This document shows positions 40,608 through 48,785 of a DNA stretch of 64,000 bases, piece by piece. The DNA lies in contig CAZDDV010000004.1 of assembly GCA_964504275.1 (NCBI GenBank), positions 9,908-73,907 on the forward strand, written 5' to 3'. Source of the stretch: an uncultured Candidatus Saccharibacteria bacterium. GTDB taxonomy: Bacteria > Patescibacteriota > Saccharimonadia > Saccharimonadales > JAGQNJ01. Below the pieces are notes generated by a model. It was given only the letters and a program-made list of their open reading frames with translations, made no database searches and was not told where the DNA came from. Position 1 is the stretch's first letter. The number at the start of each line of letters is the position of its first letter. The translations under genes and the position numbers were made by a program.

Positions 40608-40636
40608 TTGACAATAGGGGTCGTAATCTGTAAAAT
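40608..40636 (+). promoter_or_regulatory. Candidate promoter TTGACA-N17-TAAAAT for rpsP-KH-trmD
   Basis: Consensus -35 at 40608-40613 and a -10 at 40631-40636, with exactly 17-nt spacing. Confidence 0.5.
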
Positions 40637-40688
40637 AACCGAAAGACTAATTTAATACTTTTAAGTCAAGAAAGAGTTTACAAAATAC

Positions 40689-41216
40689 ATGCTAGCAATT
40701 CGTTTGCAACGTACCGGCCGACACGGGCACGCACAATATCGCGTCATTGTTCAAGATTCACACCAATCGCCAAAAAGTGGTAAAGTTGTGGCTCGTTTGG
40801 GCAGTTACAATCCTCATACCAAAGAAAACACAATTGATACCGAAAAAGCACAGCACTTCTTGGAGCATGGCGCACAGCCAAGTGATCGCGTTGTTAGTTT
40901 GCTTACTCGTGAAGGTATGAAAATGCCTAAATGGGTAAAAGTTAGCGAACCAAATACTCGTTCGACTCGCAACCCAGAAAAACTTCGCAAAAACCAACCA
41001 GCCACAGAAAAGCCCGAAGAAAAAGCAGAAGAACCAACTGCTGACACAGTAGAAGTACCTGCTGCTGAAGCTTCAGCACAAGAAGTAGCTAGCGCAGAAG
41101 TTGTAACTGCTGAACCTGCTGCTGAAAAAGTCGCAGCGGAAGAAGTTGCCGAAGAAAAAGTTGCTGATGAAAAAGCAGATGTTGCACCAGAAGAAGCTGC
41201 AGATAAAACTGCTTAA
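40689..41216 (+). CDS. rpsP: 30S ribosomal protein S16 with a long Ala/Glu-rich C-terminal extension
   Basis: MLAIRLQRTGRHGHAQYRVIVQDS...GSYNP is canonical bS16. Residues from about 95 to 175 are low-complexity AEEVA repeats. Confidence 0.9.
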   Translation: MLAIRLQRTGRHGHAQYRVIVQDSHQSPKSGKVVARLGSYNPHTKENTIDTEKAQHFLEHGAQPSDRVVSLLTREGMKMPKWVKVSEPNTRSTRNPEKLRKNQPATEKPEEKAEEPTADTVEVPAAEASAQEVASAEVVTAEPAAEKVAAEEVAEEKVADEKADVAPEEAADKTA

Positions 41217-41230
41217 TCTACCGAGCGTTT

Positions 41231-41239
41231 TGCTATAAT
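41231..41239 (+). promoter_or_regulatory. Extended -10 element TGcTATAAT upstream of the KH-domain gene
   Basis: TG at 41231-41232 and TATAAT at 41234-41239. Confidence 0.35.
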
Positions 41240-41278
41240 TTGTACAGTACTGAATCATTAAACGGAGACTGAAAAATC

Positions 41279-41809
41279 ATGAGTGCCAGCATTGACCAAC
41301 AATTTATTGAGTACATTGTAAAAGGAATCGTCGGAAAACCCGATGCAGTTTCGATTGAACGAACCATTGATGAAAAAGGCGTATTGCTAGAACTAACTGT
41401 AGATGGCGAAGATCTTGGCCGTGTAATTGGCAAACGCGGAAGCGGCGCGCAGGCACTTCGCACATTGTTGCGTGCACTTGGCACAAAAAACGATGCCCGT
41501 TATAACCTAAAAATTGTCGACGTAAACGGCGAACGCCCAGAACGAACAGAGCGAACAGAACGAAGTCAACGAAGCGAAGAATCTGATCGTCCAAACACAT
41601 ATAACCGTGATACTGTTCACGAAGATACGGCGTCTGATAAAGTCGAAGTAGCCGAAGAAGTTCCTGAAGAGCCAGCCGCACTAGAAGAAAAAAGCGAAAC
41701 CCTCAGTTTTGCTGACGATGACGACGAAGACGAAAAAGAAGACGACTCCGACAGTATGGCTGCTCGTACTCGAAAAGAACTTGCTGACCTTGACGATTTA
41801 GATATATAG
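41279..41809 (+). CDS. KH-domain RNA-binding protein (KhpA/YlqC-like) with a long acidic C-terminal tail
   Basis: IVKGIVGKPDAVSIE....LLELTVDGEDLGRVIGKRGSGAQALRTLL (KH GxxG). The tail contains ERTERTERSQRSEE repeats and an Asp/Glu run. Confidence 0.8.
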   Translation: MSASIDQQFIEYIVKGIVGKPDAVSIERTIDEKGVLLELTVDGEDLGRVIGKRGSGAQALRTLLRALGTKNDARYNLKIVDVNGERPERTERTERSQRSEESDRPNTYNRDTVHEDTASDKVEVAEEVPEEPAALEEKSETLSFADDDDEDEKEDDSDSMAARTRKELADLDDLDI

Positions 41810-41817
41810 GGCTAACA

Positions 41818-42474
41818 ATGAAATTTTATATCATCTCACTATTTCCAGAGATGTTTGATGGTGTGCTGAACGCCAGCATGCTACACAAGGCGCAAAAAAT
41901 TGGCGCGGTAGAATTTATACATATTAATCTACGCGAATTTGGTCTTGGTCCGCATCGTCAGGTTGATGACACGCCGTATGGTGGTGGCGATGGAATGGTG
42001 TTGCGCGTTGAGCCAATTAAGGCCGCCGTTGATCACGCCAAAAAACTCTCACAATTATCATCAAAGGGGGCCAAAGTTATCTTGGCAACTCCGCGCGGCA
42101 AATTTTACAAGCAATCTGATGCAAAACGATTAGCGGCTGCCAACCAAGATTTAATTTTTATTTGTTCGCGCTACGAAGGTTACGACGAGCGAATTACGAG
42201 TTGGGTTGATGAACAATTTTGCCTGGGCAATTATGTACTGACTGGCGGGGAACTGCCAACTATGACTATTATCGATTCGATTACACGGTTGTTGCCCGGT
42301 GTTTTAGGCGGCGAAACGAGCGCCGAAAAAGAATCATTCCAAGACGACGATGTTGCAATCGAACATCCGCAGTACACACGGCCTGAAGAATTCGAAGGTC
42401 AAAAAGTCCCAGATGTTTTATTAAGTGGGCATCACAAAAACATTGATGACTGGCAACAAAAAAACAAAAAATAA
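41818..42474 (+). CDS. trmD: tRNA (guanine37-N1)-methyltransferase
   Basis: ISLFPEMF, DDTPYGGGDGMVL, CSRYEGYDERI, and GNYVLTGGELP are TrmD signature blocks. Confidence 0.95.
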   Translation: MKFYIISLFPEMFDGVLNASMLHKAQKIGAVEFIHINLREFGLGPHRQVDDTPYGGGDGMVLRVEPIKAAVDHAKKLSQLSSKGAKVILATPRGKFYKQSDAKRLAAANQDLIFICSRYEGYDERITSWVDEQFCLGNYVLTGGELPTMTIIDSITRLLPGVLGGETSAEKESFQDDDVAIEHPQYTRPEEFEGQKVPDVLLSGHHKNIDDWQQKNKK

Positions 42475-42481
42475 GTTGTTA

Positions 42482-43006
42482 TTAACTCTGCTCGATTGTT
42501 CCGCAGAGTAGTCGCGGGCCGCCGCTGTGGCCGGAGCCTGATTCACCTGGCGTGTGCGGGTCAGGATTAGCATGGACCATGATTGATGTGCCATCTGCAG
42601 GCTGCAAGATCGAAACTGGTCCGTCGCTGAGTGTAACTCGAGTCGTAATGCATTCGAGGTGGCCTGTGCCGGATTCGTCGATCGTAATGCTCGGCAAGTC
42701 ACCGGCGTGGTAGCCATGGTTTGCGTCGGGGTCGGTGTTGCCATTTGGGCCTGGGTCGAAATGTCCGCCAGCGCATTTGAAATCGTCGCAGTCGCAGGAA
42801 GCCTTTTCGTGAATATGCACGGCATGTTTACCCGGAGTAATATCTTTGGGGTCGCCCGAGACATCCAACACAATTCGTACGTACTTGTAGTCGTCGATAT
42901 CATATTCGGTAAATTCCGCAGTGGCCGAAACATTTGTGTGGCTTTTGAGCTTGCTTGTTGCGGTTGCCGTTATTTTTTTATTTGGTGCATCTAAGTCTAC
43001 GTGCAT
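42482..43006 (-). CDS. sodC: Cu/Zn superoxide dismutase family protein; no obvious signal peptide
   Basis: HAVHIHEKASC...AGGHFDP...HAGDLPSI...IMVHANPD covers the metal-ligand His pattern of SodC. Confidence 0.8.
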   Translation of the reverse strand: MHVDLDAPNKKITATATSKLKSHTNVSATAEFTEYDIDDYKYVRIVLDVSGDPKDITPGKHAVHIHEKASCDCDDFKCAGGHFDPGPNGNTDPDANHGYHAGDLPSITIDESGTGHLECITTRVTLSDGPVSILQPADGTSIMVHANPDPHTPGESGSGHSGGPRLLCGTIEQS

Positions 43007-43077
43007 ATATTCCTTCTAGTTATTCAAATTTTATAGTAGCACAAACATCCACCTAACAGCGTGCTATACTAAAATAT

Positions 43078-43470
43078 ATGGCCCAAAAAATACTGATCGT
43101 AGACGACGAACAAGCAATTTTAGATATGTATAAAACTACGTTTGAACGCGCCGGTTTTGACGTACAGACGGCAGATAATGGCAAGCAAGGGTATGGACTA
43201 GCAAAAAGCTTTGCTCCACAAGTGTTGCTGCTGGATTTGTCACTTGCAGATCTAGAAGAAGAGGGTGGCATGAGCGGCGAAGAGCTGCTGCAAGAGCTAC
43301 GCGTTCAAGAATGGGGCAAAGACATGAAAGTTATTATCCTAACCAACACCGACCGCGACAACGCACCTGACTCACTGACCAATCTCAACATTAGTCGCTA
43401 TATTGTAAAAGTCGATGAAACCCCAAACCAAGTCGTAGAACTTGTCCAAGAAGTACTTGGCGCAAACTAA
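43078..43470 (+). CDS. Stand-alone response-regulator receiver domain (CheY-like)
   Basis: ILIVDDEQAILDMY, phospho-acceptor context VLLLDLSL, and a late conserved Lys (YIVK). Confidence 0.8.
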   Translation: MAQKILIVDDEQAILDMYKTTFERAGFDVQTADNGKQGYGLAKSFAPQVLLLDLSLADLEEEGGMSGEELLQELRVQEWGKDMKVIILTNTDRDNAPDSLTNLNISRYIVKVDETPNQVVELVQEVLGAN

Positions 43471-43487
43471 TCAGACTACGGACTACT

Positions 43488-44576
43488 CTAGAAACTAGTT
43501 GCAGTTGTAATTGATTCAGTTTTCCAGGTATTGCCAACTTTTGCAAGGATTACACCGGCGCGGTATGGCTTACCCTTTTCGGTTTCGTTAAATAGCAGCA
43601 AAAACCCTATCGACTCACTCCTCCAAGATGATGCACCTGCTGTACTAACTGGGAGTATTTTGCACGAGCGTGGTCCTAAATTTTTGAATGAGTTATTTAC
43701 TGCAGTTGTATTGGTCGAAGCGGATGCAGGGCGTGCCGATCTCGGCACCCAGCTGGTTAGGTCGCCGGTTGTTCCGACCAGTGCGGCATTAGCAGAAATT
43801 GATAATTGCGAAATAAGCACCGAAGCAATATCGTAAGGATATCTACTGTCCTTACTACAAGTCACCGACGTTGGAATGACTTTGCCATTTGCACCACCAA
43901 CCTTTGTTCCTGTGCTTTTCGAAACAGAAGAGCTGGTTTTTTTCACCTGGGTGCCGACGCGTACCGTTGTTTCTTTGCTCGGTGATTTCTTCTTTATTGT
44001 TGTTCTTGGTTTGCTTGAAGAAACTGGCGTGCTGCTCTTGTTGTCGCTCGAACTTGTATTTGCAGAGTTCGATGATTTTTTTGTTTCTTTTTTGTCAGTC
44101 GCACTATTTTGTTCCGGTAACTCTGTGTTTTGCGTTAACGCTGTTAAAACAGGGCTGGTGGCGCTGGGCAGTTGCTCGGTTCCTGACTCTGTTGCGGTTG
44201 AAGTGATTGCTGAAGAATTCTTGGAACGGTGTGCCAGAAATACACCACTACCAGTCGCGACAAACAACAAGAGCGTCATTGCAGAACCGATGACCAATAG
44301 CCTTTTTTTACTTTTTGGTTCTTCCGGCAATGCTTGGTACGTATTCATGTCGGACGAAACAACGTTCGGTCCAACTTCTGATGCTTGAACGGGTACGTCA
44401 CTTTGAAAAAGCTGAGAAGTATCAATACTGACAGGGTTTTGTGCGGGTTGCGGGTTAATCGGCGGCACTTGCTGGGAAAATTGAGGGTTAGTGGGATGTA
44501 CTTGTTGTGGAACTTGAGGGTTAGCAGGAGAAGCCTGTGGAGTTGGTGTTGGTTCGGGTATGTGCTGATTGTCCAT
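43488..44576 (-). CDS. Hypothetical Pro/Gln- and Ser/Thr-rich membrane-anchored protein
   Basis: 362 aa. P/Q-rich repeats, a TM helix (LLVIGSAMTLLLFVATGSGVFLA), an S/T/K-rich linker, then a globular C-terminus. Confidence 0.6.
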   Translation of the reverse strand: MDNQHIPEPTPTPQASPANPQVPQQVHPTNPQFSQQVPPINPQPAQNPVSIDTSQLFQSDVPVQASEVGPNVVSSDMNTYQALPEEPKSKKRLLVIGSAMTLLLFVATGSGVFLAHRSKNSSAITSTATESGTEQLPSATSPVLTALTQNTELPEQNSATDKKETKKSSNSANTSSSDNKSSTPVSSSKPRTTIKKKSPSKETTVRVGTQVKKTSSSVSKSTGTKVGGANGKVIPTSVTCSKDSRYPYDIASVLISQLSISANAALVGTTGDLTSWVPRSARPASASTNTTAVNNSFKNLGPRSCKILPVSTAGASSWRSESIGFLLLFNETEKGKPYRAGVILAKVGNTWKTESITTATSF

Positions 44577-44612
44577 GTGAGTGTCCTACTTTACATTTGC
44601 TTTGATTTAGGA

Positions 44613-45170
44613 CTAGGGGAAGCGGGCGCTTCGCAAGGTACTGTCTGTGCACTCTGGTACGTAGTTTAGATTAACACTAGCCTGCGCTGTCGTGTATACC
44701 GAACCAGCATTCAAAATGTCACCCGGAGAATAACTAAGAGATTTCATGGCCATTATTTCTCCACCAAACCATTGGTCGCTCCATTGCGTGTTTCCAACTA
44801 CGTTGCCAGCTGCATCTTGGATTTCCATGTAAGCTTCTGCGTTCGGTTGGCTTTTTTCTTTAATAAAAGCAACAACAACACCACGGGTGTAGTTCCCCTG
44901 AGTTACTATGCAAGTATATGTTGCGTATTCATTGTTCTGGTTGGCCAGCAAACCCCATCCGTTCTGGCCAGCAGCCTTAGCTTTTTTTGCAAGATCCATA
45001 TTCGGGTTTGTCCTCGCAAGGTATTCGCTATATCCAAAGTATCCAGCAGTTGAGAGTATCGCTGCGGCTACAATAAATACAATAAATTTTGCTGGACTGG
45101 ATAGTTTGCCCCAGAATGATTTTTTGCTATTACCAACCCGTACTTTGCTTTTTGCAATTTTTTTTGACAT
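44613..45170 (-). CDS. Hypothetical N-terminally anchored protein
   Basis: 185 aa with a basic N-terminus plus a TM helix (FIVFIVAAAILSTAGYFGY). Confidence 0.55.
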   Translation of the reverse strand: MSKKIAKSKVRVGNSKKSFWGKLSSPAKFIVFIVAAAILSTAGYFGYSEYLARTNPNMDLAKKAKAAGQNGWGLLANQNNEYATYTCIVTQGNYTRGVVVAFIKEKSQPNAEAYMEIQDAAGNVVGNTQWSDQWFGGEIMAMKSLSYSPGDILNAGSVYTTAQASVNLNYVPECTDSTLRSARFP

Positions 45171-45275
45171 CAGGAATGTTCCTTATTTTATTGTTTATGT
45201 ATATATGTATAATAATTCATATTGCTTATGTCTGTCAATTTTATAATATTGCCTCGAGTCACCAAAACTCATAAA

Positions 45276-46151
45276 ATGCAGTTACTTGCTGGTACTGCTG
45301 TATTAATAATGTGGGCATTCACAATTATATGTTTGTCTCCAGTGGTTTCTGCACAACAAGATTTCGCGCGCCCACTTTCGTGTGGAGCATCTGACGGCGC
45401 GCAGGTAACCACGAACGTGACATCGCTTCCATCGGGAGACGTATATATAAGAACCCAAAAGTCTAACCAATATACACGGTTTGACGTTGCGGTGAGCGTG
45501 GCTGGTGGAGGATGCCTCAAGATGCGTAGCGTCAAGTCTAAAGAATCGTCGTGGACAAAAATTGGAACAATCCCAGCAACGGTTCAGGGCAAACAGGCCG
45601 ATATGGTGGTGAGTGCCGCTGATTTTAAGCTAGAGAACGTATACAGTAACATTGCCAGTATTCTTGTTGTTAACCCAAAAGTTTGTAAAATTACACAAAC
45701 AGATTGCATTGCGCGTTACGGCGGAGCAAAAGTTTTGGTTGAGCCCAAAACCCTCAGTGGTAATCAGGATCATATTTCATTGCAAGTTGTGAAGCCGTTT
45801 GCTGATCAGATGATTGATTACGTGGATTATTTTGACGGTGGCGAGTTTTTGTATCGTAGCAAATCTATCGATCCTGTTGACGAAAGATATTTGCGCGGGG
45901 GCGAGCGTCAGGTGCGCAAAACAGTTCACTTATCCGGCGGTAGCGTTTTGCATATCGACGAAGTATCAAATCAGCCAAACGACCCGCTGTATTCAAAATA
46001 TCTCAGTAGCAGTTTTTTCCGTTTGAGCCGCCAGTTTAAGATTGTGATTGTCGTTGCCGGAGTTGCAATTATTGGTTTGGTATCTTTGGGAGCCCTGCGG
46101 TTTGTCCATAAGCGCCGGCAATATATGCGAAGCCATGGTTTCAAAAGATAA
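45276..46151 (+). CDS. Hypothetical secreted protein with a C-terminal membrane anchor
   Basis: The signal-peptide-like MQLLAGTAVLIMWAFTIICLSPVVSAQQ motivates the start at 45276 (the track begins at TTG 45222). C-terminal TM VIVVAGVAIIGLVSLGAL followed by basic residues. Confidence 0.55.
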   Translation: MQLLAGTAVLIMWAFTIICLSPVVSAQQDFARPLSCGASDGAQVTTNVTSLPSGDVYIRTQKSNQYTRFDVAVSVAGGGCLKMRSVKSKESSWTKIGTIPATVQGKQADMVVSAADFKLENVYSNIASILVVNPKVCKITQTDCIARYGGAKVLVEPKTLSGNQDHISLQVVKPFADQMIDYVDYFDGGEFLYRSKSIDPVDERYLRGGERQVRKTVHLSGGSVLHIDEVSNQPNDPLYSKYLSSSFFRLSRQFKIVIVVAGVAIIGLVSLGALRFVHKRRQYMRSHGFKR

Positions 46152-46155
46152 TCCG

Positions 46156-46842
46156 TTACAAAAGTGTGAAGCCATTGAGCCGCAGAATAGAACGACCAAC
46201 AATGTCGCTGGCCGGAATTTGCCCAAGTTTAGAGCGAGAATCAATTGAGCCGCCGTTTGTGCGGTTATCGCCAACAACAAAGATATGCCCTGGCTGAATC
46301 GTGATGTCGATGTTATCTGGAAGCTCGGCGAGGTTGGCGCAACAAGGCGGGTTTGTGATATCTGCCCCGGTCGGGCTAGTTTCGTTAAAAACAGTGATTG
46401 TACTATTTTTAATCACGATTCGGTCGCCCGAAATGCCGACAACTCGTTTGACGTAGGCGCCGTCGCTTTCGCGCACAATTACAACGTCGTGGCGTTTTGG
46501 AATGTACAGACTGCGGGTTAACTCTGCCCAGGCTTGAGGTGCTTTCAGCACGAGCATTTTGTCTTCGTTGTTAAGTGTCGGAGTCATGGACTCGCCGTCG
46601 ACAGTATAGATGCCAACGCCCCAAAGATTGATTGCGACTACTACAAATAAAACTGCCGCGCCGGTAAGCAACCATTTTAGGGTGCTGCTAATTTTTCGCT
46701 CGGTGGCATGTGTTTCTGGGGCAATCGGGACCTCACGTGGTTGTGTTTGGAATTCGACAGGTTTAGTTAGGAGCGATTCTGGCACTTCTGGCTCGTCTTC
46801 TGGCTTGGCTTTGGGTGCAACATGCTGATCCATAATAAGCAC
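46156..46842 (-). CDS. lepB: Signal peptidase I
   Basis: GESMTPTL (catalytic Ser), RHDVVIV, and GDNRTNGGSIDSR (box E). Confidence 0.9.
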   Translation of the reverse strand: MLIMDQHVAPKAKPEDEPEVPESLLTKPVEFQTQPREVPIAPETHATERKISSTLKWLLTGAAVLFVVVAINLWGVGIYTVDGESMTPTLNNEDKMLVLKAPQAWAELTRSLYIPKRHDVVIVRESDGAYVKRVVGISGDRIVIKNSTITVFNETSPTGADITNPPCCANLAELPDNIDITIQPGHIFVVGDNRTNGGSIDSRSKLGQIPASDIVGRSILRLNGFTLL

Positions 46843-46974
46843 TAGTGTATCATTTTGTGAGTAAAAAATGCGCTGCGGTTGACTGACTACTCGAATTGGG
46901 CATAATAGTAAGTAACCATAAGGGGATGGGTGTTTTTGGGGTATAGCAAAGAAATTGACGAAGGGCTTGTGTAA

Positions 46975-47112
46975 ATGGCGAGACTACCAAAACCAGGTGG
47001 CGATGAAGGTAATTGGGGAGATGTGCTCAATGCTTTTTTAAAGCACGCACATAATTCTGACGGAACGCTAAAAGACACTGGAGTTTTGTCTGAGAAACTG
47101 GCGACACAATGA
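46975..47112 (+). CDS. Tail-fibre-like protein, N-terminal module as a separate 45-codon ORF (probably a frameshifted part of the next ORF)
   Basis: Not in the track. MARLPKPGGDEGNWGDVLNAFLKHAHNSDGTLKDTGVLSEKLATQ is homologous to the N-termini of the 48651 and 50960 proteins. Its stop overlaps the next ATG (ATGA). Confidence 0.5.
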   Translation: MARLPKPGGDEGNWGDVLNAFLKHAHNSDGTLKDTGVLSEKLATQ

Positions 47113-47699
47113 CTGGTGATTTAGATATGGACAGCAATGTTATTACTGGCGTGGCGGACGGATCAGACGATGCTGACGCCACGAATATCGGACAATTAGC
47201 GGCAGCAATTGCTGATGTTGAAACTGATCTCGCTAGCGTTGGCACCGAAATTACTGACTTGCCAGCTGCAACCCGCACCGACGCATCGTGGGATCCCGTC
47301 TATGTAAATAACGAAAATTTTGTACCGATTGTACAAGATGGTGTGGCCAAGAAAATGCCGCTTGAACTTCTTACGTCTATGGGTCCATCGCTCGGCGCTA
47401 CGGTTACGGGGACAACCTACATATGGAGCAGTAACGAGACAGGAATACTTTGCAATAACGATAGCCCGCTTGTTATTACGCTCCCGACATTTGGATCTGC
47501 GCCGGGTCTTCATGCGCCAATTCGTGTTGTGAGTATTGGAGCGGGCAGTGTGACGTTAGAAGCCGCTGGGTCCGTTGTCATTAATCGCGCAACGGGACTT
47601 CCACTGACACTCAGGTCGCGGTATAGTGTTGCGTACTTTCAGCCATATTTTTGGCTGGCAGGAACTACGCTATACATAGCATACGGAGATCTCGGCTAA
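47109..47699 (+). CDS. Tail-fibre-like protein, C-terminal portion
   Basis: MTGDLDMDSNVITGVADGSDDADATNIGQL is the classic phage-fibre motif. The C-terminus (PIRVVSIGAGSVTLEAAG...YGDLG) parallels the C-termini of the two large paralogues. Confidence 0.6.
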   Translation: MTGDLDMDSNVITGVADGSDDADATNIGQLAAAIADVETDLASVGTEITDLPAATRTDASWDPVYVNNENFVPIVQDGVAKKMPLELLTSMGPSLGATVTGTTYIWSSNETGILCNNDSPLVITLPTFGSAPGLHAPIRVVSIGAGSVTLEAAGSVVINRATGLPLTLRSRYSVAYFQPYFWLAGTTLYIAYGDLG

Positions 47700-48529
47700 T
47701 GCTCGTAACATCTTCGGGCAGCCCACTTTTGCTAGCCGGACAACAAGTGTTGCATAGCGGTACGTTTGTTGATAATTTTCAGCGGGTAACTTCGTTGCCG
47801 CATGCGCCACTTGGTATGGGATGGACTGATCTTGGGTCGTTGTTTCCGCAGAGTTATGATCCGGCCCGCATTTATAACGGTGGTGTTACTTCTGGCGATC
47901 CGTATGCTCGCGGCAATAACGGTGCAACGATGGCGCCTGATGACGATTGGGAGCATTACGCTGATTATCCTGGAATGGCTGGGGGCGGAATTGGCGGCGC
48001 TGTTAGGAACCTTGGCACGGGTCAGTTTAATTATGATGTTACGGTCCGTATGAGTGGTGTTTTGTCGGGGGGCACCGAACACGGGGCCGAGGCCGAGGGT
48101 ACACCACTTGTCGGTGTCGATACCGCTACGCCTGGTGTGGGATATGGCGCCTGGCTCGTGAACATGCGAAACGTAATCGCGCCGTACAACACTGACGTCT
48201 TTGTGTTTTTGATAGGCACGATAAATAATCCGCCCGAAAGCTTCACGGTGTATTATCGGTCGGGCCTTGTTACTCATACTGACGGCCAAGCTCGTGACTT
48301 AACGATAAAATATCGCGGCTCGACGATCACGATTTGGCTCGACGACGTGCAGGTTACGGGTCTTATTGATCACCAAACCGATCTGCCGGCTTCTAGCACA
48401 ATTACGTTACCGGCGGCCCACCAAAATAAATCTTGGGCGGGGTTTGCGTTTGACCATCATATTACGCCTCCGGCCGACATCACGACAACTCCGGCAGTTT
48501 TGCGGTACTCGCACCAAATAATAACTTAG
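47699..48529 (+). CDS. Hypothetical protein, possible jelly-roll/LamG-like fibre accessory protein
   Basis: The ATG at 47699 overlaps the upstream stop (TAATG). Gly-rich beta-type sequence ending ...DLTIKYRGSTITIWLDDVQV. The LamG-like assignment is tentative. Confidence 0.45.
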   Translation: MLVTSSGSPLLLAGQQVLHSGTFVDNFQRVTSLPHAPLGMGWTDLGSLFPQSYDPARIYNGGVTSGDPYARGNNGATMAPDDDWEHYADYPGMAGGGIGGAVRNLGTGQFNYDVTVRMSGVLSGGTEHGAEAEGTPLVGVDTATPGVGYGAWLVNMRNVIAPYNTDVFVFLIGTINNPPESFTVYYRSGLVTHTDGQARDLTIKYRGSTITIWLDDVQVTGLIDHQTDLPASSTITLPAAHQNKSWAGFAFDHHITPPADITTTPAVLRYSHQIIT

Positions 48530-48650
48530 TTCGGCGTCAAGCCATTAGTAATAATTGACCGAACCGGCGAGCTCTGATATACTAGATTTAAGCATGAGGG
48601 GATATTAGGGTTATTAACATGAATAGATATGTTCGGAGTTACAGTTAGAA

Positions 48651-48785
48651 ATGGCACGCCTACCAAATCCAGGTGGTGACAGTGACGAATGGGGAGATAT
48701 CCTCAATTCTTTTTTGGGTGTTGCTCATAACGACGACGGAACACTAAAATCACTCGATCCCGACGACGTCGGACTTGGTAACGTT
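48651..48785 (+). repeat. 135-bp near-identical direct repeat (copy 1) at the 5' end of the fibre paralogue
   Basis: 133/135 nt identical to 50960-51094 by direct comparison. Differences are at offsets 35 and 117. Confidence 0.85.

Noticed and set aside
40441-40688. SRP (4.5S) RNA or a simple guaA terminator for the nested inverted repeat; ORF 40426..40611
   Set aside because: There is no conserved SRP domain IV motif (GGAA tetraloop with symmetric/asymmetric loops). No U tract follows the stem, so it is not a standard intrinsic terminator. The 61-aa ORF merely spans the palindrome and lacks an RBS.
47732-48289. 185-aa minus-strand ORF inside the 47699..48529 gene, and similarly 53097..53609 inside 53143..53859 and 43876..44388 inside 43488..44576
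   Set aside because: These are antisense ORFs in locally GC-richer DNA with Arg/Ser/His-rich junk-like composition. The sense-strand genes have coupled starts or TM and motif features.
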